The notes below the pieces were generated by a model. The model had not been told where the DNA came from, did no database searches, and was given only the letters and a program-made list of their open reading frames with translations. DNA of 64,000 bases from Candidatus Anderseniibacteriota bacterium (GTDB taxonomy: Bacteria; Patescibacteriota; JAUYIX01). Within the stretch, counting starts at the first letter, position 1. Every line of letters begins with the position of its first letter. Position numbers and translations under genes: made by a program. Of the stretch, positions 9,832 through 19,102 are shown in pieces. The stretch spans positions 14,103 through 78,102 of the forward strand of contig JAXLZM010000002.1 of NCBI GenBank assembly GCA_046350855.1. Reading direction: 5' to 3'.

Positions 9832-10899
9832 CTACCAGTTGTACTGCTTGGGATCAAATCCCTCTCCGCAGATCGTGTCGAGCAAAGCCGTGCACACCTT
9901 GTAGGGGTCTGCGTTGGCGGCTGGGCGACGATCCTCGAGGTACCCGTAGGTATCGCGAACAACGCCGAGAGGAATCCGCACGGAGGCACCCCGGTCACCC
10001 TTGCCCCAGCGGAACTGCTCGATCGAGCAAGTCTCGTGGAGTCCGGTCAGGCGCTTGTCATTACCTCGGCCATAGACCGCAATGTGCTGAGCGTGACGCT
10101 TTTCCAGGCTACGGCAGGCCGCTTCGATAACCGAGAGACCATCCTTTTGACGCATCTCCTGAGTCGAGAAGTTGGTGTGTGCTCCGGCTCCGTTCCAGTC
10201 GCCCTCGACCGGTTTGGGTGAGAGCTTGACATAGGCCCCATGCTTGGCCGCGATCCGATACAGGAGCCAACGACAGAGCCAGAGATGGTCCGCGACCATG
10301 AGGGGGTTCTGGTGGCCGACCTGAAACTCCCATTGGCCCGGCATGACCTCGGCGTTGGTACCGGCGATCAGCAAGTCAGCGTCCAGGCAGGCCTTGGTAT
10401 GCTCCTCGACGATCTCTGTCCCGAACACTTCGTCGTAGCCGACCCCACAGTAGTACCCACCCTGTGGCTCGGGGTAGCCCTCGGGCGGAAATCCCAGTGG
10501 ACGCCCCTTCTTAAAGAAGGTGTACTCCTGTTCGATCCCGACCCATGGCACACTCTCGCGATACTTGTAACAAGCCCCCTCCAGGGGCCTACGCGTGTTG
10601 GACTTGTGCGGCGTTAGCACCTTATCGAAGTTGAGCACCTCACAGAGCACCAGGACATCCGCCCCTCCCCGCAGTGGATCGGGAACGACGGTCATTGGCT
10701 TGAGAACCCGATCCGAGTTGGCCGTGTCGGCCTGGTACGTGGAAGAGCCGTCGAACCCCCACTCCGGTAGGCGCTCCTTGTCCGAGCTAGCACTGACGAT
10801 CTTGGTTTTGGAACGAAGCTTGGCGGTGTCGCGCTCGTTTTTTTCCTTGTCGAGCACTTTACCGCCATCGATCCAGATATATTCCGCGCGAAATCTCAC
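9832..10899 (-). CDS. glnII: Glutamine synthetase type II (GSII, eukaryote-like), 355 aa.
   Basis: N-terminal EYIWIDG motif and ~350-aa length typical of GSII, plus overall GS catalytic-domain similarity. Confidence 0.85.
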   Translation of the reverse strand: MRFRAEYIWIDGGKVLDKEKNERDTAKLRSKTKIVSASSDKERLPEWGFDGSSTYQADTANSDRVLKPMTVVPDPLRGGADVLVLCEVLNFDKVLTPHKSNTRRPLEGACYKYRESVPWVGIEQEYTFFKKGRPLGFPPEGYPEPQGGYYCGVGYDEVFGTEIVEEHTKACLDADLLIAGTNAEVMPGQWEFQVGHQNPLMVADHLWLCRWLLYRIAAKHGAYVKLSPKPVEGDWNGAGAHTNFSTQEMRQKDGLSVIEAACRSLEKRHAQHIAVYGRGNDKRLTGLHETCSIEQFRWGKGDRGASVRIPLGVVRDTYGYLEDRRPAANADPYKVCTALLDTICGEGFDPKQYNW

Positions 10900-11043
10900 G
10901 GTGTTTCTCCTTTTCGCTGTGTGTTCGCCGCTGTACTTACAGCATGCGGTTGTAATAGGACACTGGGTTCACCCTAGCCTATGACCATGCCTACCTGCAA
11001 ACAGCTTGAAAAGCTAAGCCGCTATTGGTAGACCTAGGAGGCT

Positions 11044-11135
11044 GGAGAGGTGCGTGAGCGGTTGAAACGAGCAGTTTCGAAAACTGCCATACCCTTTATC
11101 GGGTATCGTGGGTTCAAATCCCACCCTCTCCGCCA
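11044..11135 (+). tRNA. tRNA-Ser (anticodon CGA), class II with long variable arm; CCA encoded.
   Basis: Acceptor ggagagg/cctctcc. Anticodon stem-loop gcagt-ttCGAaa-actgc. Long variable arm ccatacccttt atcgggtat. T-arm gggttcaaatccc. Confidence 0.9.
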
Positions 11136-11158
11136 GCTAACTGATGAGGCGGCGACGC

Positions 11159-11170
11159 CTGCTATACTAC
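11159..11170 (+). promoter_or_regulatory. Extended -10 promoter element (cTGcTATACTac) ending 6 nt before the ATG at 11175; implies a leaderless transcript.
   Basis: TGnTATAaT-like sequence. The same 12-mer recurs at 16838..16849 and a close variant at 57805..57813. Confidence 0.45.
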
Positions 11171-11174
11171 CCTC

Positions 11175-11906
11175 ATGCAACTTAACCCCCGACTCATGCT
11201 CGCAGGCTCACTCGTGCTTGGTGCACTGGGTGGCGTCGTACTAGGCGTAGCTTTTAAACCAGCCATGGTTGACTATACGCCGATTATTAATCCGGTCGAT
11301 TTTGTCGGAGAAATCAGCAATCCCTTTTTTACGCTTACACCCGGGAGCGTTTTTACCTATGAGAACAGCACACCTGAGGGTCTTGAGGTCATTACGGTCA
11401 CCGTCACCCATGAGACTAAGCGCATTATGGGGGTGACTACGACGGTGGTGCATGACGTCTCGACCGTCAACGGGCAACTCCACGAGGACACCCAGGACTG
11501 GTACGCCCAAGATCGCGATGGAACGGTCTGGTACTTTGGCGAGGCGGTCGACAATTACGAGAACGGCGCGATCAAAGACCACGCTGGCTCATGGGAGGCC
11601 GGCGTCAATGGCGCCCAACCCGGTATCATCATGCAGGCACACCCGGCCGTCGGCCAAACCTATCGCCAAGAGTATTCCAAGGGGATCGCGGAGGATCTGG
11701 CTGAGGTTGTGGACCTAGACCAAAGTGTGACCGTTCCAACCGGCACTTACACCGGCTGCCTCCAAACTCGCGACTCGAGCGCCATCGAAAAATCTTTGAT
11801 CGAGAGCAAATACTATTGTCCAACGGTAGGGTTTATCACCCTTGAGACGGATTTGGCCGGCGGCACCGACAAGGTCCAGCTGACCAAATTTACCCAACCA
11901 AAATGA
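11175..11906 (+). CDS. Hypothetical secreted or membrane-anchored protein (243 aa).
   Basis: N-terminal hydrophobic segment LMLAGSLVLGALGGVVLGVAF. No recognisable family. First gene of a translationally coupled set (overlaps the next ORF by 4 nt). Confidence 0.55.
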   Translation: MQLNPRLMLAGSLVLGALGGVVLGVAFKPAMVDYTPIINPVDFVGEISNPFFTLTPGSVFTYENSTPEGLEVITVTVTHETKRIMGVTTTVVHDVSTVNGQLHEDTQDWYAQDRDGTVWYFGEAVDNYENGAIKDHAGSWEAGVNGAQPGIIMQAHPAVGQTYRQEYSKGIAEDLAEVVDLDQSVTVPTGTYTGCLQTRDSSAIEKSLIESKYYCPTVGFITLETDLAGGTDKVQLTKFTQPK

Positions 11907-12304
11907 GCGATCGGGCTCGTCAGGCCGAGTCGTTTTATCAGGAGGCCCGTAGCCTCATGTCCCAAGCCAACGACAAACTCACCTCTTTGGCCGTGTTTGT
12001 AGCGGGGATTGGATTTACCGCGGCAGAACTCTTTGGCATCGAGCGCTTGGCCAGTTTTGAGCGCTATTTGCTTCTGGCCGCCCTCCTACTCAATCTCATC
12101 TCGGCCTGTTTAGGGGTCTGGGTCACCTTGCGGGTTAATGATTTTCTCAACTCGACCGGCGAGGTCCTCTCGAGTAGTTCTCCCGACAGCCAATTGGCGC
12201 AAGATTTTGAACCCTGGCAGTTTAAGATGCAACTCGCCACCTTTGTCCTGGGCCTGATCGCTCTGATCGGCCTGGTCTCGATCCGGCTAGTGAGCGCCCC
12301 ATGA
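11903..12304 (+). CDS. Hypothetical small membrane protein (133 aa).
   Basis: Several predicted TM helices. Start overlaps the upstream stop (ATGA), and its stop overlaps the start of the next ORF. Confidence 0.5.
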   Translation: MSDRARQAESFYQEARSLMSQANDKLTSLAVFVAGIGFTAAELFGIERLASFERYLLLAALLLNLISACLGVWVTLRVNDFLNSTGEVLSSSSPDSQLAQDFEPWQFKMQLATFVLGLIALIGLVSIRLVSAP

Positions 12305-14559
12305 CCGCTCCGACTAGTGGTTCACCCTGGTTTACAAGCACCGCGGACAAGCAGCGGTACCCCACCCTGACCGGCAGTAAACGCGCCGAGGTCGTGGTTG
12401 TAGGTGCCGGAATTGCGGGCTGTCTGACGGCCTGGCGTCTGGCTGAACTCGGCGCGCAGGTCGTGTTGCTCGAGGCCAACCACGTTGCCACGGGCGACAC
12501 AGGATTTACTACCGCCTTTGTGACGCGCGTACCCGATACTGCACTGGCACCGTTAGCAAAGCGCTACGGCGAACGCTTTGTCGAGCGTCTCTTTGAGGCC
12601 AATGCCGAGGCGCAACGCTACCTGCGCGAGCTGGTCACCAAGCAACGACTCGACTGCGACTGGCACGAGTGCCGTTCCTTTATCGTTGAGTTTGGACAGA
12701 GCAGTGCGGCTCTCGATCATGAGTGGCAGATTTTGCAGCAGGTAGAACCTCGCTCCCACCGCGCTACCCCCGAGGAGCTCAAAAAAGCCGTGCCGTCCGC
12801 CAACCATGGCCTCGTTATCGAGCAAGAGGCGCGTTTTGACCCGCGCGCGTTTTTGCTCGGTCTCCTCGCCACCCCGACCGGCAGCACGATCGCTGTTCAC
12901 GAACAGTCCGCCGTGACTGATTTTACGGTCGATGGCTTGGGCGTCACGGTCAAGACCGAGCAGGGTGAGATCAAGGCTGACAGAGTCATTTTTACTACAG
13001 GCCTCCCTAACCCAGGGTTATTTGAACTGCACCACCTCTTTACGCCACGTAAAACTTTTGCGCTCCTCGCTCAGTATGCGCGCCTCCCAATGAGCGACGA
13101 CTTGGTTTGGGACACCTCCGACCCGTACTTTTACCTACGTACCCTCAAGGGTCAACTCATGTTGGGTGGGGCCGACACACCCCTTGGTAACACCAGCGCC
13201 GACCCCAAAGCCTCGTACGCCAAACTGGAGCACTTTTTAGAGCGGCGCTTTGCGGGCCAGCACCAAGTCACCGCGCGCTGGTCGGGCACTCTTTTGTATA
13301 CGAGTGATGGATTGCCGTACGCCGCCGTCCACCCGCACTATCGGGGCCGCGTCTTAGTAGCCTGCGGGTTTGCCGGCAACGGGATGGTGATGGGGACGGC
13401 TGCCGGCCTGCTCCTGGCCGAGCTCGCTCTCGAGCACAAATCCGCCACCACTGAGCGCGCTGATCTTTTTGCCTTTGCTCGCACCCACGCCAGTATCCCT
13501 GCTCCCCAAAAAGAGTCGAGCGCACCTGCGGCGGCGGTAGTGGCCTCTGGCGGCAGACTACAGATCGGTGTTCTGGCGGCCAAAATTCTGCTGCCGGTGA
13601 TCTATGTGATCGCACTGGTGGCACCTGCTCTCGTCTTTTTTACCCAACGCAACGGTTTTGGCTTTATCAGCGCCGCACCCGATCTCAAGACGCTCAGCCT
13701 ACTGCTCTTTCCACTGGTAGGACTCTATGCCTTTACCCTGGTGTGGGCCCAAGTGATGCTGGGGTCCGGCATGCCGCTCTGGCGACGAGCCTACCCCTGG
13801 ATCGAAAAATTCCACCGGGTCGAGGGCGTCTTTGTGTTGCTTTTTGCGGGCCTACATCCAAGTCTGATCTTTTTTGCCTACGGAGTGGACTACTTCCACT
13901 TTCCGTTTGTTACCCCGGACCACCGCATCTTTGCTTGGATGGGGGAGTTCCAGCTCACTTTGATCATCGTCACGGTGCTCACGGCACTGCTACGCAAATC
14001 CAAACGACTCCAAAAAGTGTGGCGCTACATCCACTGGGCCAACTACGTGGTCTTTACCTCGGCCTGGATTCACTCCTGGTTTTTGGGATCGGACGTACGC
14101 ACGACCTCGCTTAAGTACCTCTGGCTCTTTTTTGGAGCAAGCGTTGTAGTCTCCTTTGTCTTACGGATCGCACGCGGGATCAAAAATAAGCGCGCCGCTC
14201 AAGCGGGTCCAAGTACGGGCGTGGGGGGAACCACAGCAAAAGCCGCTGGCCTGGGCCACTTTGTCCCGGTCGTGGCCGCGGCCCAGGTGCCCGACCAAAA
14301 ACCGCTCTGTGTCACGGTCAACAAGCAAGCCATCGCCCTCTACAAAATCAATGGGCGCTTTTTTGCCACGACTAACACCTGCTCCCACCAAGGCGGCCCG
14401 CTCTGCGAGGGCCAACTGCGCGACGGGGTTGTGCAGTGCCCCTGGCACGGCTCCCGCTTTAACGTCAAAACAGGCGCGGTGGTGGGCGGCCCTGCAGAGC
14501 GGGCCGTCACGGTCTACCCCACGCGTGTGCGCAACGGCCAAGTAGAAATACAGGTCTAG
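12301..14559 (+). CDS. Three-part fusion protein (752 aa): N-terminal FAD-dependent oxidoreductase (DAO-like), central ~6-helix transmembrane region with conserved His, C-terminal Rieske [2Fe-2S] domain.
   Basis: Dinucleotide-binding motif VVVVGAGIAGCLTAWRLAELGAQVVLLEA. Hydrophobic helices at aa ~420-640 (e.g. IHWANYVVFTSAWIHSWFLG). Rieske boxes CSHQGGPLCEG and CPWHGSRFN. Confidence 0.7.
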   Translation: MTAPTSGSPWFTSTADKQRYPTLTGSKRAEVVVVGAGIAGCLTAWRLAELGAQVVLLEANHVATGDTGFTTAFVTRVPDTALAPLAKRYGERFVERLFEANAEAQRYLRELVTKQRLDCDWHECRSFIVEFGQSSAALDHEWQILQQVEPRSHRATPEELKKAVPSANHGLVIEQEARFDPRAFLLGLLATPTGSTIAVHEQSAVTDFTVDGLGVTVKTEQGEIKADRVIFTTGLPNPGLFELHHLFTPRKTFALLAQYARLPMSDDLVWDTSDPYFYLRTLKGQLMLGGADTPLGNTSADPKASYAKLEHFLERRFAGQHQVTARWSGTLLYTSDGLPYAAVHPHYRGRVLVACGFAGNGMVMGTAAGLLLAELALEHKSATTERADLFAFARTHASIPAPQKESSAPAAAVVASGGRLQIGVLAAKILLPVIYVIALVAPALVFFTQRNGFGFISAAPDLKTLSLLLFPLVGLYAFTLVWAQVMLGSGMPLWRRAYPWIEKFHRVEGVFVLLFAGLHPSLIFFAYGVDYFHFPFVTPDHRIFAWMGEFQLTLIIVTVLTALLRKSKRLQKVWRYIHWANYVVFTSAWIHSWFLGSDVRTTSLKYLWLFFGASVVVSFVLRIARGIKNKRAAQAGPSTGVGGTTAKAAGLGHFVPVVAAAQVPDQKPLCVTVNKQAIALYKINGRFFATTNTCSHQGGPLCEGQLRDGVVQCPWHGSRFNVKTGAVVGGPAERAVTVYPTRVRNGQVEIQV

Positions 14560-14586
14560 ACCGGGTATGCTTAAGCCATAAGGAGC

Positions 14587-16035
14587 ATGCAACGCTTTCT
14601 GCGGATTTTCCGCCCACTCGCCAACCCCCACTTCCGATCCGCGCCTAGGCGCTGGTCTCGTGCGCGTCGTACTACTGCCGGGCGCGCACTACGCTTACTG
14701 GTGGTTCTGCTTTTGCCAACGATCTTGTCGGCTTGTGCTAGTCCGCAGGGCCAGCCACTCCACCTCACCTGGTGGAACGTCTTTGACGACCCGACCGTCT
14801 ACCAAGACATGATCAAAACCTACGAGGAGGACCACAACGTCGACATTGAGCTCGTGACCTTCTCCTACGCCGAGTATGAGCAAGAACTGGTGCGCTCGCT
14901 CGCCGCTGGGACCGGCCCTGACATCTTTACCATTCAAAATACCTGGCTGCCCGAGCACCGCGATTTGATTGCCCCCGTGCCCGTCGCTGAGGACTTTACC
15001 AGCGCCACCCCGGATGAACTCAAGGCCATTCAACCCCGCGTCGAGGCCCTGCCTGGATTACGCAGTTTTGTTGATACCTACGTCCCCACCGTCTCGCAAG
15101 ATTTTGTCTCGGAAGGCCGCATTTACGCCATCCCGCTCTACGTTGATAGCTTGGCGCTCTACTACAACAAGGACTTACTCAACTCCGCCAACCAGCAGGT
15201 TCCAACCACCTGGGACGAATTTGTCAAAGTAGCTAATGCACTTACCACGCGCGACGCCAATGGCCGCATCACCCGCTCGGGAGCCGCCTTGGGTGCCGCG
15301 ACTAACATTAATCGTTCGACCGATATCCTCTCGGCCTTGATGCTCCAAAACGGAGCGAGCCCCGTCGACACCGAACGTCAGTTTGCCGCCTTTGATCGCG
15401 GCGAGGAGCGAGCGGACGGCAGCGAACTCAACCCTGGCTTGGATGCCCTCAAGTTTTATACGGATTTTGCGATCGATTCGAGCGATCATTTTACCTGGAG
15501 CCTGGACCCCGCTATCTGGTACTCGATCGACAACTTTGCCTCAGGCGAGGTAGCCATGATGCTCAATTACTCGCACCAGGTCGACGAGGTACGGAGCAAA
15601 AATGCCAAGCTCAACTTTGGAATTGCCCGACTACCTAACCCAGCCGGCGCGCGGTTCTACCAGACCTATGCCAATTACTGGGGGCAGACCGTCTCCAAAG
15701 CGAGCCCCAACGTCTTAGATGCGTGGGAATTTATCAACTATCTGAGCCGGGACGATAATAACCTGACGTATTTGCAAAACGCCCATAAACCACCCGCCAA
15801 ATTGGCTCAAATTCCCGCCTTTGAAAACGATTTAGATCTCGGTGTCTTTGCCGATCAAGCCGCCGTGGCCAAGAGCCTCTATACCCCGGACATCAACCTG
15901 ACGGAGACGGTCCTTGCAGCAGCGATCGAAGATGTTATCCTCAACCGACGCCCGGCTCTAGACGCGCTCCAGGTCGCTGCCAGCCAAATCACACAGCGCT
16001 TGCAGAGCCGTGCCTTTCCACCCACAGGCATTTAA
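14587..16035 (+). CDS. Extracellular solute-binding lipoprotein of an ABC transporter (482 aa).
   Basis: Lipobox LLPTILSAC. Family 1 SBP-like sequence. RBS aaggag 6 nt upstream of the ATG. Confidence 0.7.
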   Translation: MQRFLRIFRPLANPHFRSAPRRWSRARRTTAGRALRLLVVLLLPTILSACASPQGQPLHLTWWNVFDDPTVYQDMIKTYEEDHNVDIELVTFSYAEYEQELVRSLAAGTGPDIFTIQNTWLPEHRDLIAPVPVAEDFTSATPDELKAIQPRVEALPGLRSFVDTYVPTVSQDFVSEGRIYAIPLYVDSLALYYNKDLLNSANQQVPTTWDEFVKVANALTTRDANGRITRSGAALGAATNINRSTDILSALMLQNGASPVDTERQFAAFDRGEERADGSELNPGLDALKFYTDFAIDSSDHFTWSLDPAIWYSIDNFASGEVAMMLNYSHQVDEVRSKNAKLNFGIARLPNPAGARFYQTYANYWGQTVSKASPNVLDAWEFINYLSRDDNNLTYLQNAHKPPAKLAQIPAFENDLDLGVFADQAAVAKSLYTPDINLTETVLAAAIEDVILNRRPALDALQVAASQITQRLQSRAFPPTGI

Positions 16036-16060
16036 GCCCTATCTAAGGTAAGCTATAGCC

Positions 16061-16471
16061 ATGATCGAGAACGTAAAGGACCAGGTTTTGTTGCTGGCCA
16101 CTACGCTAAGTCAACGTAACCCCTTTCCTACCGGCGGTGGAACTGGTAATCCCCCGACGGGAGGTGGCACCGGCAACCCTGTTAACTGTCCAGCAGGGCA
16201 GGTGTGTCCGCCGAGCAATTTACCAACCGGGTCCCTTGAGGGGATCGTCACTAACGTTATCAACTGGGGTTTGGGCATCGCCGGAACCGTAGCGGTCTTG
16301 ATGTTGGTTGTCGGTGGCTTTATGTACATCACCGCTGCCGGGGACGAACGCCGCCTCGATCGCGCCAAGGCTATCGTACGCGGAGCGATTACGGGGGTCA
16401 TTATTATCTTGATTTCCGCTATAATAGTTAACACACTTAATTACGCCCTTTTTAGGGGCACCACACCATGA
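16061..16471 (+). CDS. VirB2/TrbC-like T4SS-pilin-type small membrane protein, paralog 1 (136 aa), with an N-terminal Gly/Pro-rich repeat (PTGGGTGNP x2).
   Basis: Conserved core VTNVINWGLGIAGTVAVLMLVVGGFMYITAAGDERRLDRAKAIVRGAITGVIIILISAIIVNTLN forms a two-helix hairpin shared with the next two ORFs. Confidence 0.6.
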   Translation: MIENVKDQVLLLATTLSQRNPFPTGGGTGNPPTGGGTGNPVNCPAGQVCPPSNLPTGSLEGIVTNVINWGLGIAGTVAVLMLVVGGFMYITAAGDERRLDRAKAIVRGAITGVIIILISAIIVNTLNYALFRGTTP

Positions 16472-16821
16472 TCAAAACTCTTCTTTTAGCGCAGCAATAT
16501 ATTTCTCCGCCTTCGAGCGTAAACTTGCCAGGCAGTAGCGGTGGAGTAACCATTACGACCCCGATCGTTAACGTTATCAACTGGGGCCTCGCGGTTGCAG
16601 GCGGGGTCGCGATCTTGGTACTGATTATCAGCGGCTTTTTGTACGTGACCGCGGCTGGTAACGAGCGCGGTCTTGAGCGCGCCAAAACCGGCATCAAGGG
16701 CGCTATCACGGGCATTATCATCATGCTCTTGGCCGCCATCATTGTGAACACGATCAACTTTGCCTTGACCCGCGGGGGTGGCAGTGGGACTTCTACACCA
16801 CGTACGATTTTTACCCCCTAG
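16468..16821 (+). CDS. VirB2/TrbC-like T4SS-pilin-type small membrane protein, paralog 2 (117 aa).
   Basis: Core IVNVINWGLAVAGGVAILVLIISGFLYVTAAGNERGLERAKTGIKGAITGIIIMLLAAIIVNTIN. Start overlaps the paralog 1 stop. Confidence 0.6.
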   Translation: MIKTLLLAQQYISPPSSVNLPGSSGGVTITTPIVNVINWGLAVAGGVAILVLIISGFLYVTAAGNERGLERAKTGIKGAITGIIIMLLAAIIVNTINFALTRGGGSGTSTPRTIFTP

Positions 16822-16837
16822 AGCAGGCCGTCACAGT

Positions 16838-16849
16838 TCTGCTATACTA
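16838..16849 (+). promoter_or_regulatory. Extended -10 promoter element (cTGcTATACTac) upstream of pilin paralog 3.
   Basis: 12-mer identical to the one at 11159..11170. The predicted TSS leaves a ~45-nt leader containing the RBS aaaaggagc. Confidence 0.45.
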
Positions 16850-16898
16850 CTTGCACGGTTTTCCACAATAAGCTAAAAAGGAGCAACCTAACACACCT

Positions 16899-17255
16899 AT
16901 GAACAAACTCACTTCAAAAGTCATCGCAAAAACCAGCGCCGTTGCCGGTGCAGTCGGTAGTCTCTTAGTTGCTCGCAGCGCCTGGGCCCAAGTCGGCGTG
17001 CCGCGTATTCCGCAGCTTCGCAATGACACCATCTTCGACACGATCATCGCGGTCGTGACCTGGGGTCTTGGGATCGCCGGTGCGGTGGCAGTGCTCTACC
17101 TGATCGTTGGTGGGTTCCTCTACATTACCGCCGGTGGAGATGAGGGTCGGATCGAAAAAGCCAAGAACACGATTAAGAACGCCATCATCGGTATCGTCGT
17201 GATCTTGCTGGCCTTAGTCATCGTGCTCACCCTCAACGAGGTCTTGGCACCCTGA
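16899..17255 (+). CDS. VirB2/TrbC-like T4SS-pilin-type small membrane protein, paralog 3 (118 aa), with a cleavable signal peptide.
   Basis: Signal peptide MNKLTSKVIAKTSAVAGAVGSLLVARSAWAQ. Core VVTWGLGIAGAVAVLYLIVGGFLYITAGGDEGRIEKAKNTIKNAIIGIVVILLALVIVLTLN. Confidence 0.6.
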   Translation: MNKLTSKVIAKTSAVAGAVGSLLVARSAWAQVGVPRIPQLRNDTIFDTIIAVVTWGLGIAGAVAVLYLIVGGFLYITAGGDEGRIEKAKNTIKNAIIGIVVILLALVIVLTLNEVLAP

Positions 17256-17432
17256 TCGGTCAGTCCCAAAAGGACGAACTTTTTAAGCAAAAGAAAAAGA
17301 CCACCAGGATACAACCGGGTGGTCTTTTGTAATTGGGTCGCTAATCCGCGACCGTGAAGGTGCAAACGTGCAAAGGAACTAGAGTCTAAACAGTAGTGCC
17401 TGGGACGGACCGAGGCGCTTGTCTTTCTCTTT

Positions 17433-18917
17433 CTAGGAGTGGGTTTCGTGTGGCACGGTCCGCTCCACAACCGTGCTGGCTTCCTGGTCGCTACAGCCGG
17501 ACATCAAAAGCCAGTAGCCGTCGACATCGTTTCCCCCCAGAGGACGCCAGTCACGATAGGGATCAGCGGCAGTCGTAAAGCGGGGATGCCGCTTGTAGTA
17601 CTTGACCGGTCCCGATGCGTCCACAATCCAGGTGTATCGGTCATCCGCCTTGAGATTGACATACAAGTAGTGCCCCGGGGGAGCCGAGAGATTGGTGAGC
17701 TTCTTGGTGAAGCCCGCCTCTCCCCGTGGACTGAGAGAGGTCTCTTTCTCAAGGGGTGTCGCCTCACAGCCAAAGCTAGCATTTTGACACTCCTCGGGCA
17801 GAACATCCTGTCTAGTGACCCAGTACACATCCAGCTTTCCCTCCACAGGATCACAGTTACCTGCCTCAAAGTTGAATCCACTGGTGGCCAGAAGAGGCAT
17901 CTTGGGCCCTGTTCCGGCTGGAGTAACCGAATCGGCTGCACTCTCAATTGCCGTAGTGACACCAGTTCCAACCGCAACGAGCGGACGAGCCGCCCACTTT
18001 GGTAGAACCGTGTCAGCAGGAGTGTCCTTGATCCTCTTGTAGGTGGGCCAAATGGCCAAGAACAAGAGTACCACTGCCCCAAACTTGGCCAGCGATCCAA
18101 CGGGCTTGGTAGTCACCGACATCTTGAAGATGCCGCTGACCATCAGCAGGATCGCCGCTCCAATGAAGTACCATGGGGTGATGCCGTTCCAGTTGAGGTT
18201 GTTGGGAACCCGAAGTCCCATCCAGTCGAACAGGCCAAAAGCCTGTAAGACTAACAACACTACCCCGCCAATGAGACCGGCGTGAACAGCCTGCTTCATG
18301 GGCGGCGACATTGGGATGTCCTTGTAACCTACCCATACCACGGCGGCAAGGTAGAGCAACAAAACCCCAACGCGCATGCCAAAGGCAATGGGGTGTCCTA
18401 GTTGGTAGCCCTCCCAAATGATCGCGCACCAGACCAGGTGTACCGCCAGTACGCCCGCGCCATAGATACGAGCCAACTTGAGGGCGCCCGCAACTTTGTC
18501 CCAGCCGATATCCTCATCTCCGACGATCGGGATGGCGCTGCCTCGCCACACTTGGGCGATCCGCCGCATGATACCGGCCCCGAGGTTCCCGATTCCCTCC
18601 ACACCATCCAACAGAGCAGCTGCGATTGCGACCAGAATCGTCAGTTCATACAGCGCACCAACGAGGGCGATGTTGCTGACGAAGATGGCCATACAGTCGA
18701 CGGTCCATGCGACGTAGGGGAAAGCCACAAAAGCTCCCATCGACGCGAATAAGCCGAACAGATGTGCGACCAGGAAGAGAACGATGAACAGGGCGAACCG
18801 GAACATCCTCCTGACGAGGAAGGCCCAGAAATCCTGGTAGTTGGCCAAGAAGAGGTTACGAAAGAACCTCGTCAAGGCCTTGGCGTTGAAGAGCAGGAAA
18901 CGATTCCATGTGTGCAT
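17433..18917 (-). CDS. Polytopic integral membrane protein (494 aa, about 9 TM helices) with a C-terminal soluble Cys-rich domain. Possible VirB6/TrbL-like T4SS channel component (speculative).
   Basis: Many hydrophobic helices. RBS ggagg 8 nt upstream of the ATG at 18917. Divergently adjacent to the pilin-like paralogs. Confidence 0.5.
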   Translation of the reverse strand: MHTWNRFLLFNAKALTRFFRNLFLANYQDFWAFLVRRMFRFALFIVLFLVAHLFGLFASMGAFVAFPYVAWTVDCMAIFVSNIALVGALYELTILVAIAAALLDGVEGIGNLGAGIMRRIAQVWRGSAIPIVGDEDIGWDKVAGALKLARIYGAGVLAVHLVWCAIIWEGYQLGHPIAFGMRVGVLLLYLAAVVWVGYKDIPMSPPMKQAVHAGLIGGVVLLVLQAFGLFDWMGLRVPNNLNWNGITPWYFIGAAILLMVSGIFKMSVTTKPVGSLAKFGAVVLLFLAIWPTYKRIKDTPADTVLPKWAARPLVAVGTGVTTAIESAADSVTPAGTGPKMPLLATSGFNFEAGNCDPVEGKLDVYWVTRQDVLPEECQNASFGCEATPLEKETSLSPRGEAGFTKKLTNLSAPPGHYLYVNLKADDRYTWIVDASGPVKYYKRHPRFTTAADPYRDWRPLGGNDVDGYWLLMSGCSDQEASTVVERTVPHETHS

Positions 18918-19102
18918 TATTTTTTCCTCCGGACCTGGTCGATCAGGTTGAACGACCGAGGCAGCCGAATGGGTGCACGCACCAGTTGATTGGGAGAGCC
19001 GCCAGTCGTAGTGTCTGGCAGTAAGCCGGCAGGTTCAGGCGGGACACCTTGAGCGGTTGTTTCTTGGGCCGGCGCCACATCGATCACCATGCCATTGTGG
19101 TG

